NCBI RefSeq assembly: GCF_018350175.1
Contig: NC_058382.1
Location: 60,886,001 to 60,950,000 of the forward strand
Length of the DNA stretch: 64,000 nucleotides
Source: Felis catus
Lineage: Eukaryota
Reading direction: 5' to 3'
Part shown: in pieces, positions 49,945-63,798 of the stretch
Layout of the letters: every line of letters begins with the position of its first letter
How positions within the stretch are numbered: position 1 is the first letter of the stretch
The notes under the pieces: model-generated
What the model saw: the letters and a program-made list of their open reading frames with translations, nothing else
Database searches by the model: none
What the model was told of the DNA's origin: nothing
Made by a program: the position numbers and the translations under genes

Positions 49945-49957
49945 ATAAAATCCTTTA

Positions 49958-50175
49958 GGGGTACCTGGGTGGCTCAGTGAGTTAAGTGTTCGAATTTGGC
50001 TCAGGTCGTGATCTCCTGGTTCGTGAGTTCAAGCCCCGTGTCGGGCTCTGTGCTGACAGCTCGGAGCCTGGAGCCCGCTTCGGATTCCGCGTCTCCCCTG
50101 CTCTCCCTCTCTCTCTTTCTCTCTCAAAAATAAGTAAACGTTAAAAAAAACATTAAAAAATATATAGTAATAAAG
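49958..50175 (+). mobile_element. Can-SINE (SINEC_Fc-like)
   Basis: Full head, CT tract and A tail. Confidence 0.9.
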
Positions 50176-53100
50176 TAAAGTCTTTTAAAAAATTGATTTT
50201 GCCATCGATATCATGTTTTCTAACCACATCTTGGTGATTATTTGGATTTGCTCCTGTATTGAGCTCTTTACTCTCAGATAGAGTTCAGTAGTAGAACTGT
50301 CCTTTCGGGTGGCATTTTCCCCAACTCCGTCCTTGTCAGCTTGCAGCTCGTCTGAGGCACAATTCCCGAGTTTTTCATAATCAGGAATGTCTTCCTGCTG
50401 GCAGGTCATCATAACATCTCTGTTCTATACAAAATCTCGGATCAGAATCGTTTTCTCCCAAAACTCTGAATGTTGCCGTATTGTTTTTAGAACTTCTTAT
50501 TTCAAGGGCGTGACAAATTTAGTATAATATTTAACTATTTTTCTGCCCAGAGGTTTAATAGAATTATTTCTGTACCCTCAACGCTTAAGATACTTTTTCC
50601 CTCTGAGAATTATCGAAGGGTTTTTTCCCTTTCATTAATTTCACGAGACGCAGACAAGCCGTCTCACCTTCAGATGGGATGAGTTTCTGTCACGTCACGG
50701 ACGGCCGCTCTGTCCCCTGTTCCTGGCTCTCTGTGGGGACGCCGCCCACACAGGACCCCCGCCCCCCACCCCCGCCCACGTTCTGTCTTCTCTCTCGCCA
50801 ATCTCGTGTTTCTGGCGTGGCTTCTGCAGGTGCACTGCCCTGGGTGCTACCACACCCGACAGCGTTATTGAGACAGAACTGGCGTAGGACGGAAGGCAAG
50901 TGTTTAAGATGTCGGGCCTGAGTTTTGACAAATGCATTCAGGAACGGAGCTGTCGCCACAACCAAGATCCCGGACGCGTCTACCACCCTCCACGCTTCCT
51001 TGGGCCTTCGGCAGCCCCTCCCTCCCACCATGTCCCACCCGGGGGCAGGCGCGGAAGCCTGGGTGACCGTGACCACGCGCACGGGAGGACGGGGCCCGGG
51101 GGTCCGGGGCGCAGACAGCCCCAGAGGAAGGCATGACGGGGTGCTGTGGACACAGACGGGCGGGACCAGGAGGGCGAAAGTGCGTGTGGCTGTGGGGGCC
51201 ACGGCGACAGGGCAGGTCTGTAGGGGATCCCGGGAGGGTCTAGGGAGGGTCCAGATACAAGAGCCTGAGGACGTTTTCAGGATGCCTGTGCCCTGGAGAG
51301 GCGCTGGACGTGCTGGCCCGTGGGTGTCCTCGCAGAAGCCACGTGGAGGACTGTGGTTAGTGCGGGGTGGACTTGAGTGTCTCTGGGGAGGGACGCAGCT
51401 GGGGACCAGACAGTCCTGGAAGACGCGGGGATCCTAAGCCCGGCGTCGTCTTTGGTTAATGGTACCCAGCAGCTATGTGTTGACCCAAGGACAAAGCCGG
51501 GACTCCTGACATTAAGGGTCGGCTCTCTGTACCTGACGGGTCCCCAAGGCCCGGCACTGTCTGAAGATGGGTCATGAGCGGCCGTGCTCTGGGCCTCGGT
51601 CTCCCTTCTGCGTCATGAGAAGCACAAGGTTTCTGAGGGACCCTCACCCCACGGCCCCTCCTGTGGGAGGAGACTTCTGGTTCTTGAGTTCTTGGGATCC
51701 TGGGGCGTCCACAGAGACCCCAGAGGGGGACTGAGCGGGAGTGGGCTGAGCAAAGGGGGAGGCGTCAGTGCCGTGGCCCCCAGGCGGGACCCGGCCAGTG
51801 CAGGCCGGGCCAGAGGAAAGAGGAAGGGAGACTGGGCATGGGGAGGGCTCGGCTCACGGGAGTTTCCCCCGTCAGACACCCAGTGGGGCCCCGGAAACCG
51901 GGGCTGACCTCCAAGCAGGCTGAGCGCGTGACTCACCCGGGCCCACCTGCCCTGGGTCACGAGACTGCAGGCCACCTGTCCACGGTCTGGGGCCACGTGT
52001 CACCCAGAGGCACCCATGGCCTGCTGGGAAGGGAGGCCGCCCAAAAGCCCCAGCTCTGACCCTGGATGCCCCGTCTGCTCAGCAAGGGGCCCGGAGCTGG
52101 GGGAGGGGTGCGGGGCTCCCCCGGGGCTCGGGCCCTCCTGCGGACCCCCAGCAGCTCTGAGTCTCCCCGGCTGCACCCCGGCCCTGAGCCTGGGAAGTGA
52201 CCACAGCTCGGCCCTGTCCACCGTGCTGCCTGGGGGTGGGGGTGGGGAACGGCCAGCGGCTGGGGTCTGAGGTGCTCCACAGGACGGCAGGGCCCATCAG
52301 TCCCCGAGGAGCCCAGCTGGACCCTCCAGGCTCCTAATCGGGCTCAGCTGGGCTGCTGGTGATCCGAGTCCGAGACCCGCCGCCCCCTGGCTACATGCCC
52401 CTTCCTCTCGGAACCTCGGTCCCCACATCTGCCGCTGGGAACGAGGTCCCCGCTACAGCTGGTGCGTCTGAGACGTGCAAGTTCCCGTCCCTTCTAGCCT
52501 GTATGGGCGGACACTGTGTCGGGGTGGGGGGAGGTTCTCCCTTCTCTCCCCCTCGAGTGAACTCCCACGTGGTGATTCAAGGAGAAATCATGGACCAGAC
52601 GAGTGTCTTCTGTGCCTATCCCGTGTGATCTTGCAGGCTTTACGCGCCTCCTGGCGTGAGCCCTAAGCTTCTAGCATGAGGATCACGACTGTGAACCCTG
52701 AAACAGACGGCCACTCAAAGCCCATTCAGCCCCTGTCCCCTTGTTGCCGGGGCCCAGGGCTCAGCGCCACCCACCCCACCCCCCCAGCAGGGCTGGGGTA
52801 CCAAGGCCCAGGGCACATTGACCTTGGCATAGAAGCTTAGCTCTGGAGCCTGAGCCTGTGGGAGGTCAGAGGTCCCACCAGCACCCCCAGTGGCTGCAGG
52901 GAGCCAGCCCCACCCCCCCCCCGGTACACCTCTGTGCATCGTCCCAGACAGGGGGAGTGCTTGTCCACAGCCCCCCAGCAGTTCCGCGGCTACACCTGAC
53001 TAGGATCCCACAGAAGGGTTTTCCCTTTGGCCCATGCAGGCCTCCTTCCAAAGCCCGGGACTTCCTGGAGGAGGCTGCAGGAATTACCCTCAGGACCCCT

Positions 53101-54780
53101 GAGGATGGGCCAGGGCCACATCCTGTGAGAGGGCTCAGCCTCAGCCCAGGTCACTCTGCCCTGCTTCTGGAAATTTCTTTGAACTTGAAGGCATGTTCAC
53201 ATGAGGCACTTGATTCACTAATCACACACTGACCCTGCCTAGTGGCTGGGGGGATGGGTGGTGTCTCAGACCAGGGCCTGGTTTGGGGTCCCCGGCCGGC
53301 CCCTCCCCCAGCACGTCCCTTATGTTGCCGTGGTGGCCTGTCCTCGCCCTGCAGAGGGAGCTGTCTGCTCCGGCTGTAGCCCGAAGGGGTGGTCCCAGCT
53401 GGCGTGTATACCGAGCCGATGTGTGCAGTGCGGGGGTGCAGGGATGTTCCGCGCCCGCCCACCCAGGACTGGGAAGTGAAACCCCTCCGCGTGTGGGCGC
53501 AGGGGCCACCAGGTGGGCTTTGCGAGGGTGGCATGGAGGCTGGTCTTCTGCCCGGGCACCCGGGTGGACTCGGGCGTCCTCAGAAGGTGACCCTGAAGGG
53601 CTGGGCCCTGGGGGGTGTGGGACGGAGGTCCCGCTCTGCCCACGTGCCACCAACCAGGCCACCAGGAAGAGGCGCTCTGCGGCCGGGTCACCAGGGTGCC
53701 TGTGCACGTGGCTCCCGTGTCCCTGGATCCTGCGTGGCCAGCCCACAGAAGAGGGTCCATGTGGCCAGGCTCTGCTCTTATCCTTACCCGCCCCCCCCCC
53801 ATAGGCTCAGCACCGGGATCGACGCACCATCTGTGGGGTGACACAAAGTGAGTGAGGCCGCTTGTTTGAAAAGAATGAAGGGTTTCAAGACGTTAACCCC
53901 GGAGCGCTGAGCAAGTGCGGACCCCGGGAGCCTTGCCGAGCACTCGGGCTTGCTCTGTCCGGCCCCCAGCCCCCAGCCCCCAGCCCCCGGGAGGAGCTCG
54001 AACCACCGCTCACTCCCCGGCCAGGCTGGGACAGCATTCTCAAACGAGGTTCCATGGAGAACCAGGGTTCTGTGGACCTCTCCGAGGCTGCCTTAGGGGG
54101 TGAGAGAGCAAAACCCCAACCCGACCCCTACTGCCAGAAACTCCAACCGTCCAGTTCACGTATTCCTGGTCAGTGTTGTTTGGAGCAAGTGAATACTAGG
54201 CTTTCAACGTAAAAAATTGGGAGGAATGATGGTTCAAACAGACAGTTCAATATGTGTTAAAAATGCAAACCAACCCCATAGCTCAACACGAGGGAAACCG
54301 AGGCCCCAAGAGCAGGTGTGAGCTCCGGGGACACTGCGTAGCCAACCCAGAACCCGGGTCCCCTGCCTGGTCACTGGGAGCTGGTCACCCCTTGGTGGCT
54401 CAGAACCTGGCCGCATGGGCTCAGGGATGGCCCCCAAGTCGGGGTTTTGTGGGGGCATCCCTGCTGGTCTGACCTTCTTCAGGAGCCCCTCACACTGCCC
54501 ATCCCCTGTGGCACTCACAGCTGCACGTGTGACCACTGACCAGTGTCCTTTCTGCTGGACTCTGTTTTTACATTCAAGGTGCCTGACGTGTGTGGAATCA
54601 TCTGGGTGGGAGAGGGGTGGGGCACAGGAAGCCGGCATCCGCCCCCATTTCTGCCAGCCAAGGACAAGGAGCAGTGACTGGGAAGGAGGGGTGCGGCAGG
54701 TGCAGACAAGGAGGAAGTGGGGCGGGGGGGGGGGGCGGAGGTCACACCTTACCCAGAGAGAATCTAAAAATGGGATCATT

Positions 54781-54903
54781 GGGACTCCTGGGTGGCTCAG
54801 TCGGTTGAGCGTCCAACTCTTGATATCAGCTCTGGTCATGATCCCAGGGTCGTGAGATCGAGCACCTCAGTGGGCTCCAGACTGAGCGTGGAGTCTGCTT
54901 AAG

Positions 54904-54941
<38 letters not shown>

Positions 54942-55000
54942 CCTCTCGCCCATTTATGCACTCTTTCTCTCTCTTTCTAAAATAAACAATAAAATAAAAA
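54781..55000 (+). mobile_element. Can-SINE
   Basis: cctgggtggctcagtcggttgagcgtccaactcttgat; (CT)n; A tail. Confidence 0.9.
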
Positions 55001-56039
55001 TATGACGGTTGTGCTGGCCAGAAGAATTGCCTGTTCAGCCGGTGCTGACCAGACTCGCGGCTCGGGCCTGACCCTGCTGTGTATGGAGGCCCTCCCATAG
55101 CAGGTGCATGCGGGCACCCTCCCCCCGCCTTACCGCCAGCATCAGCAAATATTTGCAGGCCAGCACGAGATGCCCACCATGTTCTAGAAGGACACATCGG
55201 GAGCAGAGGCCGCATCGGCCCCGGGGACAGAATTCTGTCTGTTGAGAGGAGGGTCACCCCGGGATCCTCGTGAGTAAAGCAAGATGAGGGGTTGAGGAGG
55301 GGACGGCCTCTGGGGGAGCCGTGGGGACTGACCCGGCCACGCCAGCGATGCTGCAGCCGCACGGGGCCCCGGAGCTGCCCCGGCCCTGGAGGGCCGTCGC
55401 CCCGGTGTGTCCCCAGCGCCACCATTCCTGGCAGGGCCGCGTGCGGCCAGACAACAGGCAGACGCGGCAGGCGGCCTGGGCACTGAGCACAGGTGCCGTG
55501 GCTCTTGCGTTCGTGCAGGGCGGCCGGGCCTCACCACGGCGGCCCTACGCCTCACCCACCCGGAGCTGGAGGCCACGGGCCGTGGCCCTTACTCCTCTTC
55601 CCACACTGGACCTGCCGGGCAACCGCTCACACGGGAGCTGCCAGGCACCGCGCAGCCCAAAGTGCCGGCCAATCGTGGGCGATCGCCGGGTGCCAGGCAC
55701 AACAGGAGACCCAGAGACCGCGCCAACGCTGAGCTCACGCAGAGGCTCCCAGCCCCGGCCGCGTCGCTTGAGGAGCCCTGGGGGCCTGGAGAGGCCCTGA
55801 TGGCAGGCACCGGCCAGACCAGCCCCGTCAGCACACGGGCCGTTGGCAAGTTCACAGGGAGCGACTCAGCGAAGGTCAGGGAAGGTCAGGGAGGGGATGT
55901 GAGCGGAGTCCAGCACCAGTCAGCCCCAGGCTGTTCTCCAGCTCCAGCAGCTCCTGGCTCTAAGGCCTTGTTAGGACCCTGTGTTCCCCAGTTCAGTTTT
56001 TCCGTCTGCAAAGCAGGTGCCTCCTAGGTCCCTGAGAGT

Positions 56040-56560
56040 GGATGAGGAGACACTATGCCCGTGCCAGGCACAGAGAGGGCACCCGCCCGATGCGCGTGCT
56101 CGTATCACGGGCACAGGTTAGCGCTTTAATCCTCACAGGCCTCCGGGAGCCGAGGGCTTGTTACCTCCGCTTAGAGGAGAGGAAACCGAGGCACTGAGAG
56201 GTTCAGCCGTTCACCTGAGGCCATGCAGCTCATACAGACGGGAGCTGACAGTCGTTTGATCTAGCGATGCTGATACGACGGCGATGACGGGAATCATGAC
56301 GGTGGCGGTGGTGATGATAATGGTGGTGACGGTGGCCGTGATGACGGTGGTGACGGTGACAGCAAGGCTATCTAACACACAGCACCTACTCTGTGACCGG
56401 CGCTCCTGGTAGTTTGAGCGTATCGCCTCATTTAACTCTCCAATTACAGGTGAGGACAGTGAGGCATAACGAGCGAGAAGAAATAATTTGCTTGAAGCTC
56501 CGCAGCCAGTCAGTGGCAAAGCAGGGGTCCAGCACCAGGCGCCTGGCCACCCTGTCATTC
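56040..56560 (-). mobile_element. Two MIRs separated by a (GRY)n low-complexity tract
   Basis: tttaatcctcac...gaggaaaccgaggcactgagaggtt; gatgacggtggtgacggt repeats at about 56265-56363; attacaggtgaggacagtgaggc. Confidence 0.65.
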
Positions 56561-59500
56561 AGTGGTGCCCGTGTGGCTGCTGGACGAGGAGCAGGCCACT
56601 CCAAAGTGTCCCCGCGCCGCCCCCACGTCACTCTCCTTTGGCTGTGAAAGCAAGGAAGTCGTGGCCCTGCGGTGGGCTTGAGAGGTCCACGTGGGACTCA
56701 CGTGGCCCGAGCTGATCGGGGGTGAGGGCTCAGTGAGCTACCCGTGGCACCGTTGTCACTCCGTGTCGTTGCTACCTTGTCCTGCCTGCCCCCTTGTCCA
56801 GTTCCCCGAGGGCCCAACTGTCTGCTCACGGCTTCCGTAGATGCCACTGTGTTGGGCGAAGGACCAGCCTGGCCCTGTGGCTGTGGTGTCAAAGGTGCCG
56901 GGGGGCGCTGTCCCCATCCTCTCTCCCGAGTGCAGGTGTCCAGGAGGCAGAGGTACCTGTCTGGAGGGACAGGATGGAGCCAGCCCTGCGCAGGGCACAG
57001 GACCACCCGGGGAAGGGGGACCGAGGCACAGAGGGGCCGGCGGGCGGCAGGGAGGCCACGAGAACGGGGCACTTGTGCCGCAGACGGGCTGGCCTCGAGC
57101 CCACTCTGGAACGGCCCCGGGGCGAGGGACCGAAACCGCTCAACTGTCATTTTCATTAAAGCCACATGCCCCTACTGCCAATGCAAATGTGCTCCGGGAG
57201 TGTTGAGACGGAAACACAAGGATGGGACAAGTGCACCAGGGAACCGGCTTCGTGGGGAGCCCAGCGAGGACGGAGCAGGCTGTAGGAGCCCAGGCTCTTG
57301 GCCGATGGCCAGTGGCCCAGCGCGGGGCGGCCCCTCCCCCCGCCAGCCTGCGACAGCCGCTTCCGCCAGGAAAACAGCCCGTGCCTGCGGGAGCCCGGGA
57401 GCCCGGCAGGTGCTGGGATGGGCCGCCAGCCACCTTGCTCCCCCGAGGCTGCCCAGGGGTGAGCCTGGATGGGACACGGTTGGCATCTTCCAAGGGACTC
57501 GCACTGGGTCTGGAAATGGGGCGTCGAGCCCACAGTGACCTGAATTCAAAAATCATTCCAGCAGAGACAACCGGGAGCAGAGAGCAGGGCCCGGCCCCAG
57601 GATGGGGAACGGGAGCCAGGCCCCTGGGCGTGGCCGCGTGGAGGCCAGGCCAGCAGCCCTGTCTTGTAAGGGCCTGGGCCCTCGTGCTGGGCGGCTGGCC
57701 TTGCTGAGGGGCTGGGCGGGGCACCCCGGGCCAACGCTGTGCTCAGTGCACCTCCTGGCCCAGGCCCATGCTGAGCGCAGGATGTGGGTGGGAGCCCGGG
57801 TGAGGCAGAGCCGGGCTCTGGGACAGCCGGGAGGCTTCCTAGGCCTCTCGTTTCCCGACGGGAAGCGTGCTCTGAAGACAGGCCACCTCCCCACCACTCG
57901 CCCCCCGCAGCACTCTGGACCCAGGAGCTGCCGCCTCTTGAATGAGCCCCTTGGCGGAGGCCCCCTCCGGACCTCCCGGCTCCCGTCCACAGCAGGAGAA
58001 AGGGCCGTGCGGGTGTCCGGGGCTCCAGCTGTGTGGTCTGGCTCAGCTGCTCCCGCCCCGTGGTCCAAGAGCTCCCCGCAGCGTTCACCTTGCTGACACC
58101 AGCCGCCTCTGTCCTTGCGGGTGCCTGGGCTCCACGCCGCCCATCCTGCCCTAGGTCTTGCCGGGGGAAAGGCTGTGCACCGTGCACCCTCTCTGATCAG
58201 ATCTCAGGGTGAGTGTTACTTTAAAACACTGGGGAAATTAAGGCACGTGCTGTGAAGAGGCCGGGCCCGGGCTGACTCCCTGTGGGTCCCGCTAATGCCC
58301 TTTGCACCCGTCCCCAGAAGCCCAGTGGGGCAGAGAGAAGACGGCCCAGGACGGCATGGACGGGGGTGGCTGCCGGAAGCTTCTTGAGCTCGCCTGCCTC
58401 GCAGGCCCCCGTGCACCCCGCCTCTGCTTCCAGCGGCCCCCGACTCCGGGCTCCCGTTTCTGCCGTGCTGAGGCCGGCGGGGAGACACAAGGCGGGAGGC
58501 GATGAGGCGACGAGTCCTAAGTCTCCGCAGGACGGGGGCCCTCCCTGAACACGAGTCCAGCTGGTGGCTTGTGCTGTGTCACCCCATCTTATCCCACACA
58601 ATGTTTGCAGCACTTGCGAGCTCCCTCCCGGTGTCCCCTGGCCGCCCTGCCCTCCAAGGTCGGCCCGCTGGTGGACGCTGCTTCAGTTAGCAAGCGTCTT
58701 GTCCGGGCTCCTCCAGGGAAGCAGCCGGCGGGAGGCGCACGTGCGTGGGAGCACCCGCAACCCGGCTCGGCTCCCGCAATCATGGAGGCCAGGAAGCCCC
58801 CCGACCCGCCGGGTACGACGAGCCGGAGGCCAGCCGGGCAGGAGTGCCATCCAGCCAGCGCCCGAAGGCCGACCTCCGAAGGTGGGAACGCGTGGACGTC
58901 AGGTCACACGGGGAGCAAATCCCCCCCTTTTCCTCCCTCCGGGCCCTCAGGGGGCTGGGCGAGGCCCACCCACACGTACGGGCTCAAAGGCCGGCCCTGC
59001 AGGAAACGTCCTCGCGACCGCGCGTCCCCGAGCCCGGGCAGGCTGGCGCACGAGCTAACCACCAGGGCAAGAGCAGTGGTTGTGCGCGCTTCCTGTTTGT
59101 CGCACGAGATACCAGACGCTGACTTCATATAAATAGTCGTCCTGCTGCCTCATCGAGGACGGTCTCGGGGGAGCGGCTGCGTTTCCTGGAGTGCGCGTGT
59201 GAACCGCGGAGCGCTCGGGCCGCCTCCAAGCGCCGCAGGGCAAGGCTGGCTTGTGGGAAGGCAGCCGGCGGCCGAGTGTTCCCATGGAGCTGGTTTCGGC
59301 CTTGGGGACCCCTGGGGAGGGCCGTGGGCCCTGCGGTCACGCCTCTGAGGGGCACTGGCCCAGAGGACCGCGTGCCAGCGCCGTGCTCCGCTCTGAGGCC
59401 TTCCCCGTGGGGACATCCTGGCCATCCCTGGCCTGTGGCCCTCCGCTCGGGACTTCCCCAGCTGAGCACGGCGGCCCCCCTGCCCCGGCCAAGAGCAGCC

Positions 59501-59699
59501 TCCCAACCTCCGGTCCGCGGTCACTTGCTCTGGGCCGTGGGTAGGGCCTGGTCTCGAGCCCTGGAGGCATGGCAAGGCCCCTCGCGTCTGACGACCTGCT
59601 CATCCCTCCTCACCGCTTCCTCCCCGGGCCCTGCTAGTGAGGCAGGCTGACTAGCTGACTGGTCGTCAATGAGTCCGTCCCCTCCTCCCGCTGCTACCT

Positions 59700-60240
59700 T
59701 TGGGTGACTTCAACTGCGAAGGACGGAAAACCAAACTCAGAGTGACCGTGGCAACTTAGCTCGCCTAAGCAGAAGTCCAGAGGTAGGGTGGTTCCTGATA
59801 TAATGAGTGCACTGGCTGGGATATGGCCCAGGACCCAGGCTCTGTCTGCCTCTTCTGTTCGCTCACTCTCAGGACGGCGCTTCCGTCGGTTGCAAAATGG
59901 CTGCAGCGGTTCCAGACATCACATGCAGACACAGAATCCACCAGGGACACATAGGGGTTGCTTCTTCCAAAGCATCTCTCCTCGTCGGTGAGGACAGTGT
60001 TCCCAACTTGCACTCACGTCTCATGGACCGGTGTCGCTGGCAGGGAGAATGAGACCACTGTGACTGGCTTAGGGATCACGATTTGCCCTGTGGGGCTGGA
60101 GTCCGCCCCACCCCCCTTTCTTGAAGCACATGCCTCTTGGGGAAAGTGCCAACGTGAGGAAAATCGGGACCCAGGGGAAAGAAGGAAGGTGGGGTGGTGT
60201 CACGTGGGTATGAACGTGCTCTGCCACGGCCGTGTTCCTG
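59700..60240. mobile_element. Old MaLR LTR (MLT1J-like)
   Basis: gaagtccagaggtagg ... caggacccaggctct ... ggttgcaaaatggctgcagcggttccagacatcacat. Confidence 0.65.
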
Positions 60241-60779
60241 GATTTGCAGAACAAATAGGTGAACCGGTGACAGCAGTGTTTCCAAGCACACCAGTCTCCG
60301 TCTTTCATGCCTGGTCCTGCCAGAATCGGCCGCTGATGCTTCGGGGTGACGAGAGTCCACACCCCCCCCACTTCTTTCTGAGCACCTTCCATATGCGGGA
60401 CATCCCCCGAGAACGAGTCAGGTGCCGCGCCCGGAGGTTCCCTCCAGCATCTCGTGGCTGATTCAGAAGCCTGGTTCCCCCCGCCCCCCATGTAAATTCT
60501 AGACTCCCTCGGTCCGGCACCCCAGCGTGACCCCAGCCACCCTTCGCGGTCCGTGCGGGCCCTGAGTTTCTGCTGCGCCTGAACTGCTCGTGGCGGGGCC
60601 CTGCCTTCCCGCCACCCCCCACCCCCCGCCCCGTCCAAATCCTGCTGGCCCTTCAAGCACCGATTCACGTGCTGCTTCCGAAATGCCTTCCTTGAACTGG
60701 CGTCTGAACCGGGGACCTCCAGATCCCCTCCTACTTTGTGACGCAGATGCTTCTGTCGAGGTTTTGTAAGGATGAGGGT

Positions 60780-60948
60780 AACAAAACCTCACACTTGCTG
60801 TGCCGCAGGCACAGTGCTAAGAGCTTTATGTGGAACACAGCACTTAATTTTCACAGCGTCCCTTGGAAGCGGGCATTCTCATCTCAGGTAGAAACGGACC
60901 CAGAGAGGTTAATTTGCCCAAGGCCACACAGCTACAAGTGACGGAAGC
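60780..60948 (-). mobile_element. MIR
   Basis: aggcacagtgctaagagcttta ... cagagaggttaatttgcccaaggccacacagct. Confidence 0.75.
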
Positions 60949-60949
60949 A

Positions 60950-61250
60950 GTTGTGTTCAAATTACCCCAGGACGTCGTGGCTTAAAATCCCACACGTTCG
61001 TTATCTCTCACGGCCTCTGGGGTCAGGCATGTGGGCGCATCTCAGCCGGGCGGCCTGGCTCGGGGCCTCCCCGGCTGGTGGCCCCGAAGGTCAGCAGGGG
61101 CTGCCGGCTCATCTGGTGGCCCGAACGGGGCTGGAGGAACCACCTCCAGGGTGGCTGTTCCCGCGGCCGCAGACGGGAGGCCTCGGTGCCTCGCTCGTGG
61201 GCCTGTCCACAGGGCTCATGGTGTGTTAGCTCGTGACCTGACGTCCGCCC
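60950..61250. mobile_element. MaLR LTR (MLT1F-like)
   Basis: aaattacccca...gtggcttaaaa..ttatctctcac ... ggggctggaggaaccacctccagggtggct. Confidence 0.7.
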
Positions 61251-61814
61251 CCTGAGCACCTGCTCCGGGGCCTGTGTGGAGGGGCTGCTGCCCGAGCCGC
61301 TGATGAACAGTGACAGTGCTTAGTGTCCAGGGGCAGCTGCGAGTGTCCTGCCACGTGGCCTGCTAGCAGGGGGACTGAGCGGGGACGAGAGGCCTCAGAC
61401 ACCGACCACAGCCCCTCACGTTCTCGGGGGCTCCCTATCGGAAGCAGGAGCAGGCGAACAGCCCGGCGTGGAGGCCCTGCCCACCCGAGGCTCCCTCCCG
61501 AGGGCAGCCCTCCTCCCGGGGTCAGATCCACGTGCAGCCAGGTCCAGAACAGGTGGGACCTCCCTCTGGGGGGTGAGGGGCTCCCCTCCCCCCGGACACG
61601 GGCCTGCCGGCTCTGGGACCCTCAGCTCTTTTACGTGTGGGGCCAGCTCCCCACCAGTTCGAAGGTGCACGTGTGGGCTCACCGGGCATCGCTGAGGGCG
61701 ACTGCAGGAGCTCCTGCCTTCGGAAGACGGATGCCTGCACTCCTCGCGCTGTCCCGCCTGCTTTGTCCACACACATAGTGGGGAATCCTACCGCACGTGC
61801 AATTTGGGGCTCTA

Positions 61815-62019
61815 ATTTAAATTTTAATGTTTATTTTTTTAAAGAGAGAGACAGAGTGCGAGCGGGGGAGGGGCAGAGGGAGAGGGAGACGGAGAATCGG
61901 AAGAAGGCTCCAGGCTCCAAGCTGTCAGCACAGAGCCCGACGCGGGGCTCGAACTCATGAAACGTGAGATCGTGACCTGAGCTGGAGTTGGACACCCAGC
62001 CGAGTCACCAAGGCGCCTC
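61815..62019 (-). mobile_element. Can-SINE
   Basis: Poly-T, GA tract, gctgtcagcacagagcccgacgcggggctcgaac. Confidence 0.9.
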
Positions 62020-62399
62020 GGGTTCTATTTTTACGTGAGGATCTAAGAAAGTATGTTGGTGCTATCTTTATTCAGCCGTAGATCATTATCAGTAATTCTA
62101 GGTTTCTGCGCAGCTTCACTCTTCTCCTTCCATTGGAGACACAGCGTCTCGTTATCCTGGCCCCCTAATGAGTTGTATCCTGGCTTGTGGCTGTCGCGAG
62201 TCGCACGGCCGTGAACATCTCTGGGGACACAGCTTGTGCAGATGACTCATTCTTTATGGGAGTTGTTGTTATGTGGGGTGGAGTCTGACTTTAAGCAAAG
62301 GGGACACGTGTCGGGCTGTTCATTCCGCTTCACAGCCGTGGGGAGGAGGGAGGCGTGGGGCAGAGGGGGCGGGACGTGGGTTCCGAGCTCGAGATCCCA

Positions 62400-62490
62400 G
62401 CTCCGTCGCTTGGCAGGAGCAAGGACACACGATGACTTCTCTGAGCCTCAGTTTCCTCACCTGCAGAACGGGTACAACGCAGCCCTTTGC
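62400..62490 (+). mobile_element. MIR
   Basis: cttctctgagcctcagtttcctcacctgcagaacggg. Confidence 0.65.
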
Positions 62491-62639
62491 CAGTCACACA
62501 GCGCCTCGGCCCTACTGCCCTCCGTCGCGGCTCAGGGCACCCACTGGCAGGGGCCCCGGGGCCTCCGTGTCTGAAAGCCTTCCGGTCACCTTGCCTGGCT
62601 CGACTCTTCAGGGCACGGGCCGTCCGCCTCAGCCAGCCC

Positions 62640-62922
62640 AGCGGCTCTAACAAAACATCACCTGTAGCCCAACGCCTATGACCAGGGTGCCGGCTCGTCC
62701 AGTGCCTGGTGAGAACCGGCTGCCTGGCAGGTACCTGTCACCTGCTTGTGTCCTCACCTGGCAGAGAGCAGAGAGGAGGCAAGCTCTCCCGGCTCTCTCG
62801 TCGTGGGTTCCACCTCACACACTCATCTGTCCTAATTGCCTTGCAAAGGCCCCACTTCTTAACATAAGGGGCAGAGCTTCAACATGTGAATTGTGGGGGG
62901 ACACAACCGCTCAGTCCACACG
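62640..62922. mobile_element. MaLR LTR (MLT1A-like)
   Basis: tgtgtcctcacctggcagagagcagagag ... cttcaacatgtgaattgtgggggacacaaccgctcagtcca. Confidence 0.75.
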
Positions 62923-63798
62923 TCACACTACTTGGTGTGTCTGTCTATTCACCGCTCTCTCTGCTTCCCCTGCGAGCGTGTAACTTGCAGGAGGGCGAGG
63001 GGCTCTGTCTTCGTCTCTGCGCCTCGAACAGGCCTGGGGGGCACGGGCACCTGCACAGACACCCACCCGTCTGTCCCGTGAACTGCCAGGAGGCCAAGGG
63101 GAGGCCGCGGACGCACTTAGGGTCCTGTGCCACTCAGGGGAGGGTGGAGCCGTGGTGAGGAGGATTTACGTGTAGACAGTGACCCCTTCCCCTCTGTGCT
63201 TGGTGGAAAGCCCTCCCTAGGGGGACCTCGGTGTGTTTAGGGGCCAGAGGCAAGAACACAGCCACAGTGGCAGTGCTGGGCAGGGGCTGCTGAGGGCTCA
63301 GAGGACCCGTGAAGTTTACACGAAGGGCTTCCTTGCCCCCTCCCCCTTGAGAAACTATTTTACAAATAAATAAAAATCATTTTACAGTCTGTTTATCAGC
63401 TACACAGTTTGAGAGACCACCGTGCCCTTCCCGCCCACCAGAGGCAACGCTGATTGCCTCCACGTGCCTGCAGAGCCTCCGTGGTGGTCCCTGTCACTGT
63501 CTGCTCCTGCTGTGGACGCCCAGAGCCCATCTCTCCCACCACACCCGTCCCTCCCTGAGAGGCGGCCATGGACTTGGTTAGGTCAACATCAACGTGTGCA
63601 GCTACTGTAAATGTGAGCCTGTAAGCGCCGTAGGGAACGGCCTCCTAGAACACGATTTCTCTGCCGTGGCTGTACGCCTGCCCGTTTTCCCTGCGTGGAT
63701 CACCACCCTGTCTCTTGATCGGTTTTCTATGCCCAAACTCTGCCTCGATTGTTCGGATCTCCTCTCAAAGGAGCAAACACAGAAATTCCATCAGTTTA

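Noticed and set aside
52675..52686. CATGAGGATCAC resembling the MS2 operator
   Set aside because: Only 12 nt match; the CCATGT arm that closes the stem is absent and there is a single copy.
56211..56558. Thr/Val-rich ORF resembling a mucin or membrane segment
   Set aside because: Translation of a (GRY)n low-complexity tract between two MIRs.
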